NCBI GenBank assembly: GCA_042218235.1
Contig: JBDGRI010000028.1
Location: 1 to 8,934, forward strand
Length of the DNA: 8,934 nucleotides
Reading direction: 5' to 3'
Source: Candidatus Pacearchaeota archaeon
GTDB taxonomy: Archaea; Nanobdellota; Nanobdellia; Pacearchaeales; GW2011-AR1
Shown in pieces: positions 1 through 6,219 of the stretch (position 1 is the first letter of the stretch; every line of letters begins with the position of its first letter). The notes beneath the pieces are model-generated. The model searched no databases, was not told the origin of the DNA, and worked only from the letters and a program-made list of their open reading frames with translations. Both the position numbers and the translations under genes were made by a program.

Positions 1-492
1 TTGTGTGTGTACAAACCCTCTAACATACATCTTAGAGGGAAGATTTCCCTCTCTTGCTTTATCTTCTTCGTCCGGATTGAATCCTTCTTTTGCACCTTTT
101 CTATAAGCTTCCTTTAATTCGCTTATATTGTGTTGATGGTACAAAGATTCGTTTTCCTCTCCCATAACTTTAGCTACAGGGTCGTCTTTAGCTGAGTGTT
201 TTACAGGTTCCGACTCGAATGCATTTCCAACATTTGCTATACCGTAAGGATCATGTCTGTTTTCTTTTTGGTCATTGCCAAACAATTTTGTATTAGGGTT
301 AATTGTTTTAATCAAACTCTCTATATCTTTTCCTTTAGGATTTTTAGCTTCTTCAATATTCATGATATTGTTACTTCCGAACTTAGACCAATATTGTTCG
401 CTAGATGGCCCGTTGTCCATTAAATCTGTTCTTAGTTGGTCCCAGTATCCCGCGAGAGTAAATGCTTCTTTCCCATCGGCAGAAATAAAGTA
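1..492 (-). CDS. Partial hypothetical protein, or the downstream continuation of the 493..855 frame; it runs off the left edge
   Basis: I translated the minus strand by hand in the same frame as ORF 493..855. It stays open for all 164 codons from 492 to 1 (YFISADGKEAFTLAGYWDQLRTDLMDNGPSSEQYWSKFGSNN...NLPSKMYVRGFVHTQ). If this is an independent gene, the first start codon is ATG at 418..420. It is absent from the ORF track because there is no stop inside the window. I recognise no domain. Confidence 0.45.
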
Positions 493-855
493 TTAAGCAG
501 TTGCTGGAGGTGTGCTTGTACCTTGTTGGATTTCATATAAAACTCCCAAAGGGTTTTCTTTGGCTTCGTCCCCGATTCCTGGCTCTACTTTTTTATTAAC
601 CGAAACGGTTTTGAAAGGAATATTTCCGATCGCTTTTTCTTCATGAATTTGTTCTTTTCCATATTTTTGCTCTTTTCTAGGATAATAAGTAGTGCTATTC
701 GCATCAAAATCATTGTTCTCCAGGAAATTTTGGACCTCTTCCCGACTAGCAAGATTTTGGTAAACTTCCATGATTCCGCTGTCTACATTAAACTCCCTGT
801 AAGCTTCTTGCGGGAATTCGTCCTTCTTTGTGTGGGCTTCTAGTGAATTTTCCAT
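493..855 (-). CDS. Hypothetical acidic/hydrophilic protein (120 aa), ending at TAA 493..495
   Basis: The ORF starts at ATG 853..855. A TATA-like TTTAAAAATA lies about 25 nt upstream on the coding strand. I recognise no motif. The frame continues open past its stop codon (see findings). Confidence 0.5.
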   Translation of the reverse strand: MENSLEAHTKKDEFPQEAYREFNVDSGIMEVYQNLASREEVQNFLENNDFDANSTTYYPRKEQKYGKEQIHEEKAIGNIPFKTVSVNKKVEPGIGDEAKENPLGVLYEIQQGTSTPPATA

Positions 856-874
856 ATTATTTAATAACTTCCAT

Positions 875-884
875 ATTTTTAAAT
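875..884 (-). promoter_or_regulatory. TATA-like box (TTTAAAAATA on the minus strand) about 25 nt upstream of ATG 855
   Basis: The sequence was read directly. Its spacing is the same as that of the AT-rich boxes upstream of the other first-in-unit genes in this window. Confidence 0.35.
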
Positions 885-964
885 CTTTCAGTTTTTTCGT
901 AACTTGATGATATCAACATATATTCTACGTCTTAAGAAAAATTATCTCTAGAAATCTCCAAAAG

Positions 965-1336
965 TTATTTCTTAACAAACTCGACGGATTCAAAATCTTC
1001 AAATTCCTTATCACCTGTAACAAATAAATAGCCGTTTTCTTTTGAGAATATGTATCCGACAGCATCAAAAAAAGAAATTTCTCTTTTATTGTACTTTTGT
1101 TTAAAGCTTATCGCTTTTTTCATTAGGCCTTTATCAACACCTTTAGAATATCCTTCAAGTTTTCTAAACCAAAATTCCGCCTCTTTTTCTCCATACTCTC
1201 TAAAAAGTACACCATAAAATTCAGTCAGAATAAGGTCATTTAAAACAAAATCGCAATTTTCATAATTCCTAAACTTTTCATTGCCAAGATAAATTTCCAT
1301 TAAAGCATAAGTACCCAAACACCTCACTTGTCCCAT
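965..1336 (-). CDS. vapC: PIN-domain protein, VapC-like toxin; the alternative start GTG 1325..1327 overlaps the vapB stop as GTGA
   Basis: The size is about 120 aa. The N-terminus CLGTYALMEIYLGNEKF resembles the PIN 'LDTyAlIEy..G' start. The later acidic positions are present (LTEFYGVL, FFDAVGY, FVTGDKEF). The gene lies directly downstream of, and overlaps, an AbrB-type antitoxin gene. Confidence 0.7.
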   Translation of the reverse strand: MGQVRCLGTYALMEIYLGNEKFRNYENCDFVLNDLILTEFYGVLFREYGEKEAEFWFRKLEGYSKGVDKGLMKKAISFKQKYNKREISFFDAVGYIFSKENGYLFVTGDKEFEDFESVEFVKK

Positions 1337-1551
1337 TTGCTTCTCATTTCTTTCCCGAACGATTTTATCATTTTTCTTGAGTCTTTCTTTTTCTTTGCTT
1401 TACCAAACATGTCTTTTAACACGTTTTTTTCTTTTTCTATATCGAATTCTATTTCTTCTCCAGGCTTCAAATTAAGTTTCTCGGCAATACTACTAGGAAC
1501 AATGAATCCTATCGAATTTCCCCACTTTTTAACCTTTGTTTTAATTGCCAT
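1324..1551 (-). CDS. vapB: AbrB/SpoVT (MazE-like) swapped-hairpin DNA-binding antitoxin, VapB-like
   Basis: The N-terminal KVKKWGNSIGFIVPSSIAEKLNLKPGEEIEFDIE is the classic SpoVT/AbrB signature (kWGNS.gv.iP..i...l.l..Gd.v). It has a basic C-terminal tail, is 75 aa long, and overlaps the PIN gene. Confidence 0.8.
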   Translation of the reverse strand: MAIKTKVKKWGNSIGFIVPSSIAEKLNLKPGEEIEFDIEKEKNVLKDMFGKAKKKKDSRKMIKSFGKEMRSKWDK

Positions 1552-1574
1552 GTATAACTATGATGTATAACTAT
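1550..1574 (-). repeat. Tandem 12-nt direct repeat ATGTATAACTAT x2 (1550..1561 and 1563..1574); candidate VapB operator
   Basis: The two copies are exact and separated by a single G. The first copy overlaps the vapB start codon (CAT 1549..1551 on the plus strand). A TATA-like TTAAATAATA (minus strand, plus-strand 1572..1581) sits immediately upstream. Confidence 0.45.
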
Positions 1575-1611
1575 TATTTAAGGTTTTTGATGCCGAAATC
1601 CCTGCATAGAC

Positions 1612-1620
1612 TTAAAAAAT
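1612..1620 (+). promoter_or_regulatory. TATA-like box TTAAAAAAT about 24 nt upstream of the methyltransferase ATG 1640
   Basis: The sequence was read directly. No Shine-Dalgarno-like purine run lies between it and the ATG, which is consistent with a leaderless or short-leader transcript. Confidence 0.35.
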
Positions 1621-1639
1621 CTCTCTAACATTATCAATT

Positions 1640-2617
1640 ATGTCAAGAAGAAAACCTGAACCCAAAGAAAAATTTCTTGAGAGGATGAAAGAACTTTCTT
1701 TTGATGAAGAAGACTATCAAGCCTACCTAAATAAAATTGAGGAGATGCCTTTAAAATCATTGAGATGTAATACACTAAAAATTTCTCCCGAAGAATTGAG
1801 AAAAAATTTGGAAGAAAAAGGATGGAAAATATCTCAACCATGGAAAAGCTACCCCGAAGTAATGATTGTTGAAAACGAACTTGAACCTGGCGAAATAGGA
1901 AGAACTTTTGAAGCTCTTTTAGGATATTATTATATTCAAGAATTAGCAAGCTTGTTGCCAGTAATTTCAATGAATCCTGAAAAAGAAGAAAGAGTATTAG
2001 ATCTTTGTGCCTCGCCTGGAAGCAAATCAACACAAATAGCTGCAAAAATGGAAAACACTGGTTCTTTATTGTCAAATGACATGGGGGTCGGGAGAATGAA
2101 AATTTTGGTTTCAAACATTGAAAGATGTGGAGTTACAAATGCTGTAATGACTTCGAGAGAAGGAGTCAGATACTGCCAAATTTTGAAAGAAAATGGTTTT
2201 CAGTTTGATAAAATTTTATTAGATGTTCCGTGTACTGGCGAAGGAACTTACCGAAGTAATCCTGCAGGAGCTAAAGCCTGGAACCCTAATGGAATTAAAA
2301 GCATGTCAAAAATACAAAAAAAGCTTTTTCAAAGTGCCTTCGAAATCTTAAAACCAGAAGGAGAAATTATTTATTCAACTTGTACTCACGGGCCTGAAGA
2401 AAATGAAGAAGTTGTAGACTTTGCTCTAAAAGAACTTGGAGAAAGAATCGAAATCCTGGACCCTCAACTTCCAAGTGAACTAAATTACAGAAACGGAATA
2501 ACTTCTTGGCAAGGTAAAGAATTTGATGAAAGAGTCTCAAAAACTGCCAGACTACATCCACAAGATTCTAACACCGAGGGGTTCTTCGTTTCTAAATTCA
2601 AAAAGGTAAAACCATGA
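1640..2617 (+). CDS. RNA (cytosine-C5)-methyltransferase catalytic core, RsmF/NOL1/NOP2/Sun family
   Basis: The SAM motif I is VLDLCASPGSKSTQIA. Motif IV with its catalytic Cys is ILLDVPCTGEGTYRSNP. Motif VI with the second Cys is IYSTCTHGPEENEEVV. YYIQELASLL is the family YiQe.sS motif. The C-terminal NTEGFFVSKFKK is the typical end of the methyltransferase domain. Confidence 0.85.
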   Translation: MSRRKPEPKEKFLERMKELSFDEEDYQAYLNKIEEMPLKSLRCNTLKISPEELRKNLEEKGWKISQPWKSYPEVMIVENELEPGEIGRTFEALLGYYYIQELASLLPVISMNPEKEERVLDLCASPGSKSTQIAAKMENTGSLLSNDMGVGRMKILVSNIERCGVTNAVMTSREGVRYCQILKENGFQFDKILLDVPCTGEGTYRSNPAGAKAWNPNGIKSMSKIQKKLFQSAFEILKPEGEIIYSTCTHGPEENEEVVDFALKELGERIEILDPQLPSELNYRNGITSWQGKEFDERVSKTARLHPQDSNTEGFFVSKFKKVKP

Positions 2618-3090
2618 AGTCAATACATCCATTCACAAAAAAAGAAGCTGAAGAATTTTTGAATAAACTTAATTCTCAATTTGGCATAGAAGAAATTCCG
2701 GGAAGACTAGTGAAAAAAGGAGGAGAAAGAATTTTTTTGTATCAAGGCGATTATTCGGATAAAGAAATTCAAACTATTGAAGGAATAGCAGAAATTGAAA
2801 GGCTAGGAGCATATATAGGAAAAATCTTCAACCCCACGGGAGAGGCTCGGCTAAGTATTGAGGGTACACAAATTTTCAAAGACCAAATAAACAAAAACAT
2901 TATAGAAATAGATAGCTATCAGGCACAGGCCTGGATGGAAGGTGATGAATTACAAATAAAGCCGGATATAACCGGAATTGTAGTTATAAAATTCTGTAAA
3001 GATATGCTTGGATGTGGAAAGGCTTCAGCAGAAAAGGTAACCAATTACATACCTAAAGTAAGAAGATTAAAAAAGAAGGAAGGTGTTTAG
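2614..3090 (+). CDS. PUA-like RNA-binding protein that resembles the C-terminal domains of RsmF, encoded as a separate ORF
   Basis: The C-terminal GIVVIKFCKDMLGCGKASAEKVTNYIPKVRRL parallels, from memory, the RsmF PUA-like tail (G.vlv...g.plG.GK.....lKN.yPKglR). The 325 aa plus 158 aa total is close to the length of full-length RsmF-type proteins. The ATG overlaps the upstream TGA (ATGA, 2614..2617). An AAGGT lies 7-11 nt upstream. Confidence 0.6.
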   Translation: MKSIHPFTKKEAEEFLNKLNSQFGIEEIPGRLVKKGGERIFLYQGDYSDKEIQTIEGIAEIERLGAYIGKIFNPTGEARLSIEGTQIFKDQINKNIIEIDSYQAQAWMEGDELQIKPDITGIVVIKFCKDMLGCGKASAEKVTNYIPKVRRLKKKEGV

Positions 3091-3092
3091 GC

Positions 3093-4205
3093 TTATCTCT
3101 CTTTTATTGACATGCTTAGGTTAGCTATTCTGTTTTCAAATCCTTTAAACCCTATTGTACCGTCTTGGCCTGATTTTTTCATTTCATTCCTGACACAAGA
3201 CATTTTCTCTCCACACTCTGAAAATGCATTGCCTATTTGCCTTATATGAGTATATGCTAGTGCTGCCCCATAATTTGTCGACAAGTCTTCATCTGAGATT
3301 TTTTTTGTAAAGTTCTCTGAAGGATCTCTAAATCCAAATGTTATTGAATCTTCAAGCTGTTCGGGGTATTTTGACTCGACATTTTCTGTTATTGTGTCTT
3401 CCACTGTTCCATACCTAATATCTAAACCTTGCTCTTTTAACACTCTCAAGGTATTTAATGTATCTCCTTCAAAACCAACATTAATTATTGCGCCTACGTC
3501 TTGCTCACTCAACTTTAGAATCTGAGTACTAAGATCTTTTTGGCCTAAATTGTAAGACTCTACAAACAAGTTTTCTCCGTAAACCTCTTCAGCACCATCC
3601 AAACATAACTCCCCGTACTCTTGGTTTACTTTTAACATTCCTAGTTTTTTAATTCCTTCTTGTTTGAACTCTTTAGCCACTTTTCTACACCCCTTTTCAT
3701 AATCTAGATATGTCTTGAAAGCATTAGGGTTGTTTTCAAGAGGTGAAACAATAGCAGCATCATAAACATACAACACGTCTTTCCCTCTAACAAAAGATCC
3801 TACAGAAGTAGAAGCCGGATTGAATTCGGCATAGATAGCGTCCACATTATCAACATTGATTAGCTTTTGGGCTGCACTTAAGGCTTTTTCGGAACTAAGT
3901 TGAGCATCCTCGAAAACCAATTCTACATTATGGCCCTTATTTCTTAACTCTTTAGCAGCCATTTTAGCCCCTACAACAGTTGACTCTCCCCAATAAGAGG
4001 CTGGACCCGAAAGATCTGTAATGACGCCAATCTTAATATTGTCTTGTTTGTTGTTCCCGCCAGAAAAAATTATAAGGAGTGCTACTACAAGAATAACTAA
4101 AACACCAAATCCGATTTGGTTCCTCTTTTTCTTTTCCATTATTCCAAAAAGGCTTTTATTATTTTTAAAATTGTTGCTTGCATACTTATGTTTATTTTCT
4201 TCCAT
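3093..4205 (-). CDS. ABC transporter substrate-binding protein, Liv/branched-chain amino acid family (Peripla_BP_6), with an N-terminal membrane anchor
   Basis: IKIGVITDLSGPASYWGESTVVGAKMAAKELRNKGHNVELVFEDAQLSSEKALSAAQKLINVDNVDAIY matches the LivJ/LivK-type N-terminal lobe pattern. A hydrophobic segment IGFGVLVILVVALLIIF precedes it, and no lipobox Cys is present. An alternative start is ATG 4137..4139 (MEKKKRNQ...). Confidence 0.8.
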   Translation of the reverse strand: MEENKHKYASNNFKNNKSLFGIMEKKKRNQIGFGVLVILVVALLIIFSGGNNKQDNIKIGVITDLSGPASYWGESTVVGAKMAAKELRNKGHNVELVFEDAQLSSEKALSAAQKLINVDNVDAIYAEFNPASTSVGSFVRGKDVLYVYDAAIVSPLENNPNAFKTYLDYEKGCRKVAKEFKQEGIKKLGMLKVNQEYGELCLDGAEEVYGENLFVESYNLGQKDLSTQILKLSEQDVGAIINVGFEGDTLNTLRVLKEQGLDIRYGTVEDTITENVESKYPEQLEDSITFGFRDPSENFTKKISDEDLSTNYGAALAYTHIRQIGNAFSECGEKMSCVRNEMKKSGQDGTIGFKGFENRIANLSMSIKER

Positions 4206-4226
4206 ATAGATAATAAAAGCAAAAAT

Positions 4227-4256
4227 TATTTAAAATTTAACTATAATTTTTTATAG
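4227..4256. promoter_or_regulatory. Divergent promoter core: an AT-rich TATTTAAAAT box plus the inverted repeat CTATAA-N4-TTATAG (4241..4256)
   Basis: The intergenic region between ATG 4205 (minus) and ATG 4264 (plus) is 58 bp. The TTTAAA-type box is centred about 27 nt from the SBP start and about 32 nt from the TrmB start. The perfect 6+6 inverted repeat lies 8-23 nt upstream of the TrmB ATG. Confidence 0.35.
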
Positions 4257-4263
4257 TAGTAAA

Positions 4264-4989
4264 ATGTCAGAAGCTTTGAGTAAACCAGAGAGGAGGCTGT
4301 TGGTTTCCTTGATTGAACTTGGAGAATCAAAGGCAGGAAGATTATCGAGAAGGGCAAATATAGCAACATCAAATTTATACCCTATTCTAGAATCATTAAT
4401 AGATAAAGGATTAGTGAATTACAAAATAAAGAATAATACTAGGATATTCGAGCCTTCAAAAAGCAAATCCATAGAAAGACACTATTCCAAAACTGAAAAG
4501 GAGCTTGAGAAAGAAAAAGAGGAACTTTTGGAGCATATTTCTAAAGCAAAAAGCAAACAAGAGTCGCAAAATGAAAACTATAAATATTTTGAAGGGATCA
4601 ATGGAGTTAAATCCATGTGGGATGAAATCAACTCTTTGTTAGACAAAAATAGTACAATAAAGGTCCATACTGGAAGGAGAGAAGGTTATGACCTTTTAGT
4701 CGGATTTTACGACCAACACCAAAAAATAAGAAAGAAAAAACAAGCTAAAGAAAAAATGATTTTTCCTAAAGAAGATAAAAATCTTGCTAAAAAAAGAACT
4801 AAAGACAAGGATGTAAAAATAAGGTTCATGGAACTAGAGAACAGCTCAGAATGGGGCACAATAAAGGACTGCTTTTTTATCCAATACATAACCTCCAGGA
4901 ATCCTAAAGGTTTTTTGATAAGGGACGAAATGATTGCAAAAACTTTCGAGCAAGTGTTCGATAAGTTGTGGGATAATGCGGAAAGCTAG
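4264..4989 (+). CDS. TrmB-family winged-helix transcriptional regulator
   Basis: The N-terminal ERRLLVSLIELGESKAGRLSRRANIATSNLYPILESLIDKGLV...IFEP matches the TrmB wHTH pattern (y..L...G..ta.ela....i..s.vY.vL.sL..kGlv). It is followed by a charged coiled-coil-like linker and a C-terminal domain of TrmB-like length. Confidence 0.7.
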   Translation: MSEALSKPERRLLVSLIELGESKAGRLSRRANIATSNLYPILESLIDKGLVNYKIKNNTRIFEPSKSKSIERHYSKTEKELEKEKEELLEHISKAKSKQESQNENYKYFEGINGVKSMWDEINSLLDKNSTIKVHTGRREGYDLLVGFYDQHQKIRKKKQAKEKMIFPKEDKNLAKKRTKDKDVKIRFMELENSSEWGTIKDCFFIQYITSRNPKGFLIRDEMIAKTFEQVFDKLWDNAES

Positions 4990-5032
4990 AAAGTGATGCT
5001 ATTTAGGCTTATTCTGAAGGACCGAATTAATT

Positions 5033-5059
5033 TTGTGTTACTATGGTAACACAATTTTT
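5033..5059 (+). terminator. Hairpin (TTGTGTTAC-TATG-GTAACACAA) followed by TTTTT; putative terminator of the TrmB-like gene
   Basis: A perfect 9-bp stem (5033..5041 and 5046..5054) with a 4-nt loop and a T5 run (5055..5059) lies 44 nt after the stop. The stem is AT-rich and therefore weak. On the minus strand, the livF stop is followed by its own oligo-T run (AATTTTTCTTT). Confidence 0.4.
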
Positions 5060-5087
5060 GGATATTCTAGTTAAAGAAAAATTAAAT

Positions 5088-5792
5088 TCAATCTCCACCA
5101 AAATAAACATCTTTGACGCCTTTCTTTTTTAGAATATCTTTTCCGCCTTCGATTGCCACTTTTCCTTGGTCTAAAACATAAGTTCGGTCTGCTATTTCAA
5201 CTGCTTTTTTTGCATTTTGTTCTACAATTATGATTGACACTCCCGACTCTCTTATTTCTTTTATTGTCTCAAAAACTTCTTTCATTGCTTTCGGACTCAA
5301 TCCCAGCGAAGGCTCGTCTAAAAGTAAAATTTGAGGGTTTTGAATCAAAGATCTTGCAATAGCCAAAATTTGCTGCTGCCCTCCCGAAAGCGAAGAGGCC
5401 ATTTGGTCTTGCTTTTCTTTAAGGAAAGGGAACTTTTCAAACATGTCCTGAATACTTTTCTCAACAAAAGACTTATCTTTAAACATAAAACCTCCCATTT
5501 CCAAATTCTCTTTCACACTAAGGCCTCCAAAAACCTGCCTCCCCTGGGGAACATAAGAAATTCCTTCATAAATCAACTCATAAGTCTTGAGCTTTGTAAT
5601 GTCCCTGTCTCTAAAAACAATCTCTCCTTTATAAGTATCAGCCAAACTAAAAATACTTTTCAACAGCGTCGATTTTCCTGCCCCGTTAGGCCCGATTATA
5701 GCAACTATCTCTTTAGGCTTAATCTTAAAATCAAGCTTATTCAAAACCTGCAACTTCCCATAACCGGCCTCTAAATTTTTTGTTTTTAGCAT
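5088..5792 (-). CDS. livF: ABC transporter ATP-binding protein, LivF-like
   Basis: Walker A is GPNGAGKST, the signature is LSGGQQQILAIARSL, and Walker B is ILLLDEPSLGLSP. VEQNAKKAVEIADRTYVL and VPQGRQVFGGLSVKENLEMG are LivF hallmarks. I prefer ATG 5790..5792 (MLKTKNLEAGYG), which is preceded by GAGG (5799..5802) at 6-nt spacing. The ORF-track start at 5813 is a GTG that would overlap the HEPN gene. Confidence 0.85.
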   Translation of the reverse strand: MLKTKNLEAGYGKLQVLNKLDFKIKPKEIVAIIGPNGAGKSTLLKSIFSLADTYKGEIVFRDRDITKLKTYELIYEGISYVPQGRQVFGGLSVKENLEMGGFMFKDKSFVEKSIQDMFEKFPFLKEKQDQMASSLSGGQQQILAIARSLIQNPQILLLDEPSLGLSPKAMKEVFETIKEIRESGVSIIIVEQNAKKAVEIADRTYVLDQGKVAIEGGKDILKKKGVKDVYFGGD

Positions 5793-5805
5793 TTTATTCC
5801 TCAAA

Positions 5806-6219
5806 CTAACCACTCAAAACAGTTTCTTTAATTCTTTTGTTCAAATCTAAAACGTATTCTGCTTCTTCTTTGTCAGCAAAAACTCCTCTGTATTGTATTT
5901 GGTGCCTTGACCGCCTTACTTTATCAAATTCCTCAAGCATCTCCAAAAGTTCTTTGTCCCGATTGTATAAAGATTTAACGGCCTCAATCAAACAATAATG
6001 GCTTTTTTCTATGTATCCTTCTTTGAATAGAAGATATCTTAAAAAATGAAAACAAGAGTTATATGAAGAAATTATTGCCATATCAAATTCATCTATTTTA
6101 AATATTCTTCTGGCAGACTCGAAAAAGTGTTTGGCGGAATCAATCTCCTTTACACATCTTTCCTTGGCATTTAAGTCTTTCTTAATCAATCCTTTCTTTT
6201 TACAATTTTCAAAACTCAT
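5806..6219 (-). CDS. HEPN-domain protein; putative toxin partner of the upstream MNT
   Basis: It is 137 aa, predicted all-helical, with a KVRRSRHQIQYRG...EEAEYVL segment in the position of the HEPN R..(N/H)...Y motif. Its ATG overlaps the MNT stop as ATGA (6216..6219). A strong SD-like GGAGAGGAG (6222..6230) lies upstream. Confidence 0.7.
   Translation of the reverse strand: MSFENCKKKGLIKKDLNAKERCVKEIDSAKHFFESARRIFKIDEFDMAIISSYNSCFHFLRYLLFKEGYIEKSHYCLIEAVKSLYNRDKELLEMLEEFDKVRRSRHQIQYRGVFADKEEAEYVLDLNKRIKETVLSG

Noticed and set aside
493-495. Stop-codon reassignment (TAA read as sense) as the explanation for the in-frame TAA
   Set aside because: TAA also terminates the PIN, binding-protein and AAA ATPase genes at family-typical lengths. 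TAG and TGA terminate other well-supported genes, so the window gives no support for an alternative genetic code.
850-877. A 9-nt direct repeat TTCCATATT (850..858 and 869..877), which duplicates the start-codon context of the 855 gene
   Set aside because: The upstream ATG (872..874, minus) opens only a 5-codon mini-ORF (MEVIK*). The repeat is short and AT-rich, and it overlaps the putative TATA region. It is most likely chance or a trivial duplication.
904-921. An imperfect palindrome around TGATATCA (an EcoRV-like core) in the 856..964 intergenic region
   Set aside because: Only the central 8 bp are self-complementary and the arms match at about 6 of 9 positions. This is too weak to call a binding site.
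3088-3095. Convergent genes (the PUA-like ORF and the binding protein) whose stop codons are only 2 nt apart, leaving no intergenic terminator
   Set aside because: This is real, but it is common in compact genomes and there is no additional structure to interpret. I note it only as evidence of tight packing.
3086-3096. An 11-nt exact repeat TTTAGGCTTAT at 3086..3096 and 5002..5012, both near plus-strand gene ends
   Set aside because: A single shared 11-mer within about 9 kb of AT-rich sequence is expected by chance. There is no extended similarity or inverted partner around either copy.
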